Assembly: GCA_965205485.1 (NCBI GenBank)
Contig: OZ242180.1
Location: 1,472,001-1,536,000 of the forward strand
DNA length: 64,000 bases
Source of the DNA: Candidatus Latescibacterota bacterium
GTDB taxonomy: Bacteria > Latescibacterota > UBA2968 > GCA-2709665
Reading direction: 5' to 3'
Within the stretch, counting starts at the first letter, position 1. Every line of letters begins with the position of its first letter. The translations under genes and the position numbers were made by a program. A model generated the notes under the pieces. The model was not told the origin of the DNA. It searched no databases and was given only the letters and a program-made list of their open reading frames with translations. Positions 49,314 to 57,306 of this stretch are shown here, one piece after another.

Positions 49314-49382
49314 AAACACAACGTTGCCGTGGGCTGACCCGCAGCATCATGGATCCTGCTTTCACGCAAATGAGCCCATATG

Positions 49383-49419
49383 ACAAGAGCGCAAAAGCCG
49401 ATGGCTTTTGCGCTCTTGT
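49383..49419. terminator. Perfect 17-bp stem-loop between convergent genes
   Basis: ACAAGAGCGCAAAAGCC-GAT-GGCTTTTGCGCTCTTGT. Confidence 0.7.
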
Positions 49420-49452
49420 ATTCTCGGAACTCTGTCGCTACCTTTCCGACTC

Positions 49453-50757
49453 CTACCTCTCGCCCATCGGCGTATAGTCCCGGATATCTTCACCCATATA
49501 GATCTGCCGCGGACGCGCGATGCGCTGCTCCGGATCGTGCATCAACTCTTTCCACTGCGCCAGCCAACCCGGCATGCGGCCCACTGCGAACATAACCGTC
49601 ATCATGTCCGTGGGCAGGCCCATCGCCTGGTAGATGATGCCCGAATAAAAATCCACGTTCGGATACAGACTGCGAGAAATGAAAAACTCTTCTTCCAGCG
49701 CGATGCGCTCCAGTTCTACCGCGATGTCGATGAGTGGATTCTTTCCGGTGACTTCGAATACCTCTTCGGCAGTCTTCTTGATAATCGCCGCTCTTGGATC
49801 GTAGTTCTTGTAGACCCGGTGCCCGAATCCCTGGAGCAGCACCTCCCGGTTGTACACCCGCTTGATATAGGCGGGGATATTGTCGACCGACCCTATCTCG
49901 TTCAACATCTTCAGTACGGCTTCATTCGCACCCCCGTGCGCCGGCCCGTACAACGCGCCGGCGGCGCCCGCCGCTGCCGAATACGGGTCTGCACCGCTGC
50001 TGCCGACGCCGCGCATGGTGCTCGCGCTGCAGTTCTGTTCGTGGTCGGCGTGCAATATCAGAAGGACTTCCAGCGCCCGTTCCAGCGCGGGGTCGGACTT
50101 ATATGCGCTCGTACCCTCGAACATCATCTTCAAATAATTGGCGCAGAATCCCAATGACGGATCAGAGTCCACAACAGGCAGCCCCTGGCTTTGGCGATAC
50201 ACGGCTGCCGCGGCTACCGGGGCCATGCCCATTAGCCGGCGGATATGTAATTCCTGAACATCCTCCGAGCCGATGTCTCTCGCATTGTCGTAGAACGTGG
50301 ACAGTGATCCCAGCATACCCACCATCATCCCCATTGCGTGGGAGCCTTTTCCGAATCCGCTTACCAGTTCGGTCAACTTCGGCTCGGTTTTGACGTACGC
50401 CATCACCGATTCGTTCCAGGTCTTCAGTTGCGTCTGTGACGGCAGTTCGCCGTACAACAACAGATACGACGTTTCAAGGTAGGTGCTGTGCTGCGCGAGC
50501 TGCTCGATCGGATATCCACGATATCTGAGGATGCCTTTTTCGCCGTCGATGAACGTCACGGAACTCTGACAGGATCCGGTATTCAGATACGACGGATCGT
50601 ATCCGAGAAGCCCGAAATCGTCCTCCGATACCTTAATCTGCTTCAAGTCGGCGGTTCGAATGGCGGCCCCGTATTCGGGGTACGTACCATAAAGGATTGG
50701 TACTTCGTAAGTCTTGCCGGTGCGATTATCCGTAATGGTGAGTGAGTCTTTGTTCAT
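49453..50757 (-). CDS. gltA: Citrate synthase
   Basis: FIDGEKGILRYRGYPIEQL, LHADHEQNCS, GPAHGGANE, GFGHRVYKNYDPRA and YPNVDFYSG. Confidence 0.97.
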   Translation of the reverse strand: MNKDSLTITDNRTGKTYEVPILYGTYPEYGAAIRTADLKQIKVSEDDFGLLGYDPSYLNTGSCQSSVTFIDGEKGILRYRGYPIEQLAQHSTYLETSYLLLYGELPSQTQLKTWNESVMAYVKTEPKLTELVSGFGKGSHAMGMMVGMLGSLSTFYDNARDIGSEDVQELHIRRLMGMAPVAAAAVYRQSQGLPVVDSDPSLGFCANYLKMMFEGTSAYKSDPALERALEVLLILHADHEQNCSASTMRGVGSSGADPYSAAAGAAGALYGPAHGGANEAVLKMLNEIGSVDNIPAYIKRVYNREVLLQGFGHRVYKNYDPRAAIIKKTAEEVFEVTGKNPLIDIAVELERIALEEEFFISRSLYPNVDFYSGIIYQAMGLPTDMMTVMFAVGRMPGWLAQWKELMHDPEQRIARPRQIYMGEDIRDYTPMGER

Positions 50758-50793
50758 CCACACAATTCCTTTCAAGTCGTCTGCCGCTGCCAG

Positions 50794-51462
50794 TCAGGCC
50801 CGAACCGCATAAATTACACTCTCGAGCGGTTTTCCGGTCAGGCTATGGTCACACGTTTGTTGTCGAGTCACCCCGCCGAAAACACGGTCCAGCGCGCGCT
50901 CGTAAGAGCGGTTGACGGCATGGCTCCAGATCGCCATGGTTCCATCCGGGCGCAACCGCGTTCTCAGCGTCTGAAGCGCTGACACGCTGTACGCCCGCCG
51001 GTTTTCCGGCCGCACCACCCAGTCGGGACCGTTGTCGATATCCAGCGCAATGCCGTGATAGCTCCGGGGATTTCCCTGTACATATTCGTAAAAATCGCCG
51101 ACGACCACCTCCGTACGCTCATCGTCGAGAACATCGGCGTTGTCCAGGTAATCGCGATTCCAGTTTACAATTCGGGATTCGAATTCCACCACACACACGG
51201 AACGTACGTTTGAATAGGCGAGCGCCTGTCGAAGGGAGATTCCCAGTCCCAAACCACCGATAAGCAGGTTGATGTGCCTGCCGGATTTCGATGTTTCCAT
51301 GACCGTGTCGATCAATGCGCGATTGGACGACGCATTGTAGGTGGCCATCAGGAATACACCGTTGACGATGAGTTCGAAATGGGAGACCGTGCCGGCATTA
51401 ACGGACGCAAGCTGCAATTCACCCGTACGGGTGGACGAACGCTGCACTACCCGCCGATCCAT
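50794..51462 (-). CDS. Spermidine synthase-like SAM-dependent methyltransferase fold protein
   Basis: FELIVNGVFLMAT, LIGGLGLG, DIDNGPDW and LRPDGTMAIWS. Start taken at MDRRVV. Confidence 0.8.
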   Translation of the reverse strand: MDRRVVQRSSTRTGELQLASVNAGTVSHFELIVNGVFLMATYNASSNRALIDTVMETSKSGRHINLLIGGLGLGISLRQALAYSNVRSVCVVEFESRIVNWNRDYLDNADVLDDERTEVVVGDFYEYVQGNPRSYHGIALDIDNGPDWVVRPENRRAYSVSALQTLRTRLRPDGTMAIWSHAVNRSYERALDRVFGGVTRQQTCDHSLTGKPLESVIYAVRA

Positions 51463-51582
51463 AGCCAGAACCAAGAACGTCCGTTCAGCCTCCTTCACTA
51501 TCGATGACAAAATAGATACGCTATTAAGATAATGCAGAATTGAAATTTCACAAGCAGATTTGAATTCGAAGATAGATCCGTG

Positions 51583-51747
51583 AACAGTCCGGCGAGAAAG
51601 TCGCTCTGCAGGCGAGGCATGGTGTCCCGTCCCCGAAACAAGGCGCGCAACCGAGTCCCATCGAGCGATTCGGCGAGGGCGCGAAACGCCATATTTCGAC
51701 CGCAAGAGCCGGCCGTAGCCCGGATGGGCTTTTTCAACGGGCTGTTA
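51583..51747. mobile_element. MITE family B (copy 2)
   Basis: Homologous to 43756-43921, sharing TATTTCGACCGCAAGAGCCGGCCGTAGCCCGGATGGGCTTTTTCAA exactly. Confidence 0.82.
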
Positions 51748-51911
51748 AGAAGCTGTTTTAAAATTACCGGTGAGTTCCCGAGCGCGAGCGAAAAAGTGGC
51801 GGTCAAGGCGGGAAAACCCGCCCATATTTGTCTATACGGGTGGGTTTGACCAACGCCGACCGGCGCTTTTGCAGCCGCGCGAAGACCGCTGGGAATTTTA
51901 AGACAGCTTCT
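51748..51911. mobile_element. MITE family A (copy 2), directly abutting MITE B
   Basis: Terminal inverted repeats AGAAGCTGTTTTAAAAT / ATTTTAAGACAGCTTCT. Homologous to 27520-27707. Confidence 0.85.
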
Positions 51912-52209
51912 AAGAGTCAAATGCCTTGACAACTGTGGATGCACATTTAGATTGGCAGTCCGGAAAGGCGCCGCCGGGCACAGACACGGCTTTTCTTGCG
52001 AATGAAGGTCATTGACCTCAATCCGAAATAAACAGCAACGCGGCGACGCGATAAAACCCTCCGAAACGGGGCAATATCAACGTATAGAAGGACATTTTTT
52101 AGTTTCACGTCCAGTGACCTGGTGTATCCTGGTAATCCGCAGTATAATCGCCTTTATTTACAAGCACATATTCGAATTAACGTCCACGAAGACTTAGGAA
52201 TCAAGGTTA

Positions 52210-53055
52210 ATGGCTATACCGGATCGTTCCAATTCCTTGCGAATGGCAGATATAGAACGTGTGAACGACGGCATTGCTCTCGGCCGTTTCCGTTCGGTTC
52301 TTTTTGATTTCGACGGTACGCTCTCGCTGATTCGCCAAGGCTGGCGGGAAATCATGGTTCCGATGATGGTCGAAACGCTTGGCGAGTGCCCCACCGGCGA
52401 AACCGAGGCCCAACTGTCACAGGTTGTGGCTGATTTCGTCGACCGGCTTACCGGCAAACAGACCATTTACCAGATGATCCAACTCGCCGAGGAAGTGCGA
52501 AAACGCGGCGGCGCGCCTCCGGATCCGGTGGCCTACAAACATCGATATCACGAACAACTCAACCGTCACATAGGGGATCGCATTCAAGGTCTCCGGTCCG
52601 GCGTCGTTGAGTCGGAAGACCTGATGGTGCCCGGGTCTCTGGACCTCCTTCGCAACCTGGAACGCCGGGGCCTTACGCTGTACCTGGCAAGCGGCACCGA
52701 CGAGGTTTACGTTAAAGAGGAGGCCGGCCTTCTGGGGCTGACGCCCTTCTTTGAAGACCGCGTTTACGGCGCACTGGACCGATACCAGGACTTTTCCAAG
52801 GAAAGGGTAATCCGGGACCTGATTGCCTCGCAGGGTATCGAGGGAGAGGAACTGCTGGGCTTCGGCGATGGATACGTGGAGATCGAAAACGTCAAGTCGG
52901 CGGGCGGGTCGGCCGTGGGCGTCGCGTCTGAAGAAGCCCGCCGCCAGGGTGTGAACGCGTGGAAACGCGAACGACTGATTCAAGCGGGAGCGGATCTCAT
53001 CATTCCGGACTTTCGGTGCCACGAATGCCTCGTGGACTATCTCCTCGACGCGTAG
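52210..53055 (+). CDS. HAD-family hydrolase (start may be 52243)
   Basis: LFDFDGTLSLIR, LASGTD and FGDGYVEI. Confidence 0.88.
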   Translation: MAIPDRSNSLRMADIERVNDGIALGRFRSVLFDFDGTLSLIRQGWREIMVPMMVETLGECPTGETEAQLSQVVADFVDRLTGKQTIYQMIQLAEEVRKRGGAPPDPVAYKHRYHEQLNRHIGDRIQGLRSGVVESEDLMVPGSLDLLRNLERRGLTLYLASGTDEVYVKEEAGLLGLTPFFEDRVYGALDRYQDFSKERVIRDLIASQGIEGEELLGFGDGYVEIENVKSAGGSAVGVASEEARRQGVNAWKRERLIQAGADLIIPDFRCHECLVDYLLDA

Positions 53056-53117
53056 TGTTCAGAAACTGTGTTAAGATTCCCAGTGGCCGCGGGTAATCCG
53101 GAACGGCCGGTTTTTCT

Positions 53118-54140
53118 ATGACCCATTCCGATTTGAAAGTGCTGCTGAGCAGGTTTTCAGACCTCGCTATCCTGGTCGTGGGGGACTTCTTCCTGGATCG
53201 CTATCTCCTGGTCGATCCTGACCTTGCCGAAATCTCCCTGGAGACCGGACTGGAAGCACGGCAGGTTGTGGAGGTCCGAAACCGGCCGGGAGCGGCCGGA
53301 ACCGTTACCAGCAATCTCGATGCCCTGGGGGTAGGACGCATTAATGCACTCGGGGCGATTGGCGATGACGGACAGGGCTACGACTTGAAGGCGGGACTGC
53401 ATGCGTCCGGCGTGGAGACAGGGCATCTGATGGAGGTTCCGGGCCGCGCAACGCCGACCTATACCAAGCCGATTCTCACCACGACCGGGAAGGAGACGGA
53501 GCGATTGGATATCAAGAATCGCTCCCCACTTCCGCGACGCGTTGAAGACCGCATTCTCGTCGCACTGGAGAAACTGCTCGCCGAAGTACACGGCGTGATC
53601 GTGCTCGACCAGGTCCAGGAACGCAACTGTGGCGTAATTTCGGATCGTGTCCGCGAGGGAATCGCGCGCCTCGCTCCCGCGTACCCCAATGTCGTGTTTA
53701 TGGCGGATTCGCGTTCGCACATCGGCCGATTCAGGAACGTGATTGTCAAGGTCAACCGCGAAGAGGCGCTCAAGGCGGTTTCCACGGACTCCGGCGCTGA
53801 AGGGACGGTGTCTCTTGGTCGAGCTATTCGATCGATGGTCACGCGTACGGGACGACCCGTCTATGTTACGCTTGGACCTGATGGGATCCTCTGCGACGAC
53901 GGCGAGGCGACTCACCACGTTCCCGGTATCCCGGTGCCCGATCCCATCGATATCGTGGGCGCGGGAGACAGTGTTTCCGCTGGAATCGTCTCGGCGCTTT
54001 GCGCCGGCGCCTCGTGTGTCGATGCCGCACGCGTCGGCGTGCTGGCGTCGTCCATCACCATCCAGCAGATCGGGACAACCGGCACCGCGTCACCCGAACA
54101 GGTGTTGCAGCGGTTCGAAGAATCCGGTCAGAACTCCTGA
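53118..54140 (+). CDS. PfkB-family carbohydrate kinase (HldE/RfaE domain I-like)
   Basis: LVVGDFFLDRY, PGAAGTV, VTLGPDG and DIVGAGDS. Confidence 0.88.
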   Translation: MTHSDLKVLLSRFSDLAILVVGDFFLDRYLLVDPDLAEISLETGLEARQVVEVRNRPGAAGTVTSNLDALGVGRINALGAIGDDGQGYDLKAGLHASGVETGHLMEVPGRATPTYTKPILTTTGKETERLDIKNRSPLPRRVEDRILVALEKLLAEVHGVIVLDQVQERNCGVISDRVREGIARLAPAYPNVVFMADSRSHIGRFRNVIVKVNREEALKAVSTDSGAEGTVSLGRAIRSMVTRTGRPVYVTLGPDGILCDDGEATHHVPGIPVPDPIDIVGAGDSVSAGIVSALCAGASCVDAARVGVLASSITIQQIGTTGTASPEQVLQRFEESGQNS

Positions 54141-54258
54141 GCAGGGTCCTCCCAACCCGAACCGCCATCCCTCGTTCACCTTACCCATCTTTCCAATCCT
54201 GCCTGGGTCGGTAGTAGGGGCAACCCTTGTGGTTGCCCTGGTTTCGGCGCCCTGCGCG

Positions 54259-54936
54259 TCAGATGTCAAACTCGACGCTGAGCCGCCCGGGGAGCGCGAG
54301 CCACCTTGCGTCGCCGCCCGCGAAGCCCAGGAGGTGGGTGTTGCCGGGCACGTCGTTTGCGCCCAGCCCTTTTTCAACAACGACGGTGTGGGGATCGCGC
54401 TCCAGGAATTGACCCAGGCGTTCTTCGAGGTACTCCGGAGTTCGAAGGATGCAGGCGCCGGTCAGTTCGGCAGCTGGCAGGTCGAGCAGGTGGTCGACAT
54501 TCCAGTGCAGGTACTTTTGGCCGGTGGGCGTCAGGTTCCCGTTTCCAAGACCGACGGACTTGAATCGCCGGAGCATTTCGACCCGGATGCCATGAGGTCG
54601 CTTCCCGCCGCTTCGGGTGGCGTGGCGGACAAGCCGGTTGGCCAGCGACGCGGCGCCTCTCTTCGCCATCGCCGACCCGACGTAGGTGTACTCTCCCGCC
54701 GGAAGCTCAATGGTCTCTCCGCGCTTGAATCCGCCGAAAGAGAGTGCCGCCGTCTCCGCGAGATGGATTCGCAATATATACGACCCACCCTGCGATTCGC
54801 CGCCCAGGAAGACGAGAGAGGAAGCCTTCGGATTCTCGTCAAGCGTTTTACTATTGCTGCACACGTTGGAACGCCGGACATTTACGAGTCGGCACGCAAA
54901 GAACTCCTCAATTCGGCGTGCTTTCCAGCCTCCCAT
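54259..54936 (-). CDS. DUF123 / GIY-YIG (Uri superfamily) endonuclease-like protein; start uncertain
   Basis: GSYILRI, GEYTYVGSAM, RLVRH and LHWNVDHLL. Confidence 0.78.
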   Translation of the reverse strand: MGGWKARRIEEFFACRLVNVRRSNVCSNSKTLDENPKASSLVFLGGESQGGSYILRIHLAETAALSFGGFKRGETIELPAGEYTYVGSAMAKRGAASLANRLVRHATRSGGKRPHGIRVEMLRRFKSVGLGNGNLTPTGQKYLHWNVDHLLDLPAAELTGACILRTPEYLEERLGQFLERDPHTVVVEKGLGANDVPGNTHLLGFAGGDARWLALPGRLSVEFDI

Positions 54937-56036
54937 GCCTGATAGTCATCCGGTGCATGCCAGAATTCCTTCCACGCGGAGTTCAGGATCTCGACAATTG
55001 GTGCCATTGCGTCCGAATTTGCTGTCACCACACCCGTACCTTTCACTCCCTCTTTTGTCGTGGAGACGATGCTCAATAACAACGCTTCGGGGTAACACTG
55101 ACGGTATTCGGGTTCTACTTTGTAGCCCATTATGTCAACGTAATCACGCCAAGCCGCATCGATTAGCTTCACTTCCCCGTCGAAGCCGTTCGCGGTCAGC
55201 ATCAACTCCATCGCACGCATACGTGCATCGTCGGCCGGGTGCGTAGATACAAACTTCACGGGAGTCTCAAAGGGGTCGCCACCGCGTTGAATACAAAGGT
55301 GATAGTGTGACCACGCATACGCCGGCCCCGCCTCAAGGACCCCGAACAGGTCGCAGTAGAATTCCTGCATCCAGTATTTGACCCAGCATGTTCGCCAAAG
55401 TTGGAGTTGGTAGAGCTTACCTGCTGGCTCACGTACGGTTTCAGCATTCACAATACAATCGTGGAAGTGCCTCACGGCATCAAAAAGGCTCCGTTCGAAA
55501 GCAACATGGTAAGCCTTGAGAAGTGGCAAATCGGCATTTTGCTCACGGTGAAACAGATGGCAGAGTTCGTGATATATGTCCGGGAGGTGTAGTAGAAATC
55601 TACTTTCAACCAACGGCAGACATAGTAGTAGATTGAAGTTGAGGTATATTTGGAAATAGTCCTGAGAAATGTGACTGACGACTGGAGGAATTAGCGGGTA
55701 ATTGATTTCGCGACAAACATCCGTAATCAAGCGGTTAAGGAAGTCGTCATCGTGGCTTACTCTGCTCAGGGCAAAAGCACCAACGTTTTCGACTGTTTCC
55801 AGCTGTTCTACGATTCGCGCGAATTCCCTCACACGTCGTGGTGTCTGTAGTTCTCTAGTGACTACCGTCTCTTCGGCTAAGCACTGGAGCAATTCCTGTG
55901 CGGCGTCTAGATGCGTCAGACAAATCTGACGTAAGCCGTCGTATTCTCGTCGGTACGTTCCATGTACAATCTGGCGCAAATGCCGTATTCGTTGCAGAGA
56001 TTGGTTGATAGATCCGACGAGATAGGCTTCGATCAT
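54882..56036 (-). CDS. Cytoplasmic HExxH zinc metallopeptidase-like protein (M48/gluzincin-like)
   Basis: YHELCHLFH, then EFYCD (ExxxD) and STHPADDAR. No signal peptide. ATG overlaps the upstream stop (TGATG). Confidence 0.7.
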   Translation of the reverse strand: MIEAYLVGSINQSLQRIRHLRQIVHGTYRREYDGLRQICLTHLDAAQELLQCLAEETVVTRELQTPRRVREFARIVEQLETVENVGAFALSRVSHDDDFLNRLITDVCREINYPLIPPVVSHISQDYFQIYLNFNLLLCLPLVESRFLLHLPDIYHELCHLFHREQNADLPLLKAYHVAFERSLFDAVRHFHDCIVNAETVREPAGKLYQLQLWRTCWVKYWMQEFYCDLFGVLEAGPAYAWSHYHLCIQRGGDPFETPVKFVSTHPADDARMRAMELMLTANGFDGEVKLIDAAWRDYVDIMGYKVEPEYRQCYPEALLLSIVSTTKEGVKGTGVVTANSDAMAPIVEILNSAWKEFWHAPDDYQAWEAGKHAELRSSLRADS

Positions 56037-56407
56037 CAACGCCTCCGGAGTCGGCGCGCAATTTCAGCCCTCTCTCGCTCCAGTCTCTGAGCAAGCGTTT
56101 CTAGCTGCCTATTAAAGCTGGCATCGACTTCACCGCTTAGTAGGTATTCTCCGAGGCGTTTCAAATCTATGCCGTTGAAGGGCTCGCCTGTATTTGACCG
56201 GAGAATGCTGTCCAGCGTCAAAGCCTCAAGGGACTTAGATTTTAGACCCTGGTCGTTTGTATTAATGAGAAGCTGGCCCAGCCTCTTCTGATCCCGATCC
56301 GGGGAACCGCTCTGTACCCGACCCAGCCGTGCAATTACCCTGTCTATCAGGCCGCCGTATGTCTCCACATCGGCGTAAACTCCCCTCAACAAACTCAGAT
56401 CGCTCAT
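56036..56407 (-). CDS. Hypothetical 123-aa helical protein
   Basis: GGAGG RBS. ATGA overlap with the Argonaute-remnant stop and TGATG overlap with the downstream gene. Confidence 0.75.
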   Translation of the reverse strand: MSDLSLLRGVYADVETYGGLIDRVIARLGRVQSGSPDRDQKRLGQLLINTNDQGLKSKSLEALTLDSILRSNTGEPFNGIDLKRLGEYLLSGEVDASFNRQLETLAQRLERERAEIARRLRRR

Positions 56408-56703
56408 TTTACCAGTTCCTCCTGATGATGGACATTGGCTGAATTAACAGCGTCCTTATCGTATTCCGCAGCTTCGTCGAATAGGCTGCGATCGCAAGGC
56501 TTGATCGAAACCGGCAGCCGAGTGGCGCCCTCCGGCCGAGTCCACGTCAGACAGCTAAGAGAGAAAACATCTGAAAGTCACTGTTGGAGGGGCATTTCAC
56601 CAACCGCGTGTCGGACATGTAGTGGACTGGAAGTTCCCGGAATCCAAAATGGTCTTCCGGTTGTACACACGAATCCCTCGTTTGGAGTGGTTTCTGTCCA
56701 AGA
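56404..56703 (-). pseudogene. C-terminal PIWI-domain fragment of a prokaryotic Argonaute
   Basis: One frame reads SWTETTPNEGFVCTTGRPFWIPGTSSPLHVRHAVGEMPLQQ*LSDVFSLSCLTWTRPEGATRLPVSIKPCDRSLFDEAAEYDKDAVNSANVHHQEELVK*. TTG..GTxxPL, L(S/T)xLxW and RLPV(S/T)I..D appear in PIWI order and spacing. Confidence 0.75.
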
Positions 56704-56759
56704 TACCATTTCCGTTGGCACTGGCGAAACGAACGGCTTGCTGAATATGACCACCTCAC
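56703..56759 (-). pseudogene. N-terminal stub of a PD-(D/E)XK / Cas4-AddB-like nuclease
   Basis: GTG overlapping the XRE stop (GTGA) reads MRWSYSASRSFRQCQRKWY, matching the S.S....F..C.R.WY start of PDDEXK_1/Cas4-like nucleases. Confidence 0.65.
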
Positions 56760-57118
56760 TGTCGTCCTCGCCTTCTCGACCGGATGAATTGCAGGTATTC
56801 GAGTAGCGCATCCTCTTCTTCCACTGTAACTGTTCCAATGCGAGCAGCGAAGCTGGAGATAGATGCCTGTCCTTCGGCCGATCGATCACCAGGCACCGGA
56901 TAACCGGCCAACTCCATCAATAATTCGTATGGTACACGATAGAGTTCGGCAAGCTTGTGCAAGTTCTGCGGTGCCGGCGTCTTTATCTTACCGTGTTCCA
57001 ACTGGCTCAGATAAGCGTTGGAGATCCCGGTCTTCGTCTCTACAGCCCGGAGCGTCAAATCGAGTTTATTTCGAGCCGATGCAAGAAAGGTCCCCAGATT
57101 TGATTCTGACTGTTCCAT
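56756..57118 (-). CDS. XRE-family HTH transcriptional regulator
   Basis: LGTFLASARNKLDLTLRAVETKTGISNAYLSQLEHGK...LMELAGY, with C-terminal EEEDALLEYLQFIRSR. Confidence 0.92.
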   Translation of the reverse strand: MEQSESNLGTFLASARNKLDLTLRAVETKTGISNAYLSQLEHGKIKTPAPQNLHKLAELYRVPYELLMELAGYPVPGDRSAEGQASISSFAARIGTVTVEEEDALLEYLQFIRSRRRGRQ

Positions 57119-57154
57119 ATTGCTAAATCTACTTAACTTTGCTAATTTTGTCAA
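57119..57154 (-). promoter_or_regulatory. Sigma70 promoter for a probably leaderless XRE transcript, overlapped by a TTAGCAA direct repeat (candidate operator)
   Basis: TTGACA(57154-57149)-N17-TAGATT(57131-57126)-N7-ATG. TTGCTAA at 57120-57126 and 57139-57145. Confidence 0.65.
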
Positions 57155-57242
57155 GCAGAATGAACAAAAAAGATTATCGTGTACGCATCGAGCAAGGCAA
57201 CAACTTCCAGTATAGGACTGATTGCCAGGATTGTGGGGTCAT

Positions 57243-57306
57243 CTATGCGGCCGATATTTCTGCAAGCAGGTCGTCTCCCGCACCTCAATTCGACCGAGAG
57301 TGTCAT
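57243..57306 (-). pseudogene. Possible collapsed remnant of a DUF5615/VapC45-like PIN toxin
   Basis: ATGA-coupled start MTLSVE (one base from MTLWV) and, in another frame, AGDDLLAEISAA*. These resemble the first and last residues of the usual DUF433 partner (from recall). Confidence 0.4.

Noticed and set aside
54259..54936. DUF123 GIY-YIG gene as part of the Argonaute operon
   Set aside because: It is on the same strand and adjacent, but has host-like higher GC and an uncertain start. It more likely marks the insertion site, although membership is not fully excluded.
56578..56889. 103-aa ORF overlapping the XRE gene
   Set aside because: Its first 60 or so codons are off-frame XRE and nuclease sequence. 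Only the last ~40 codons belong to the Argonaute remnant.
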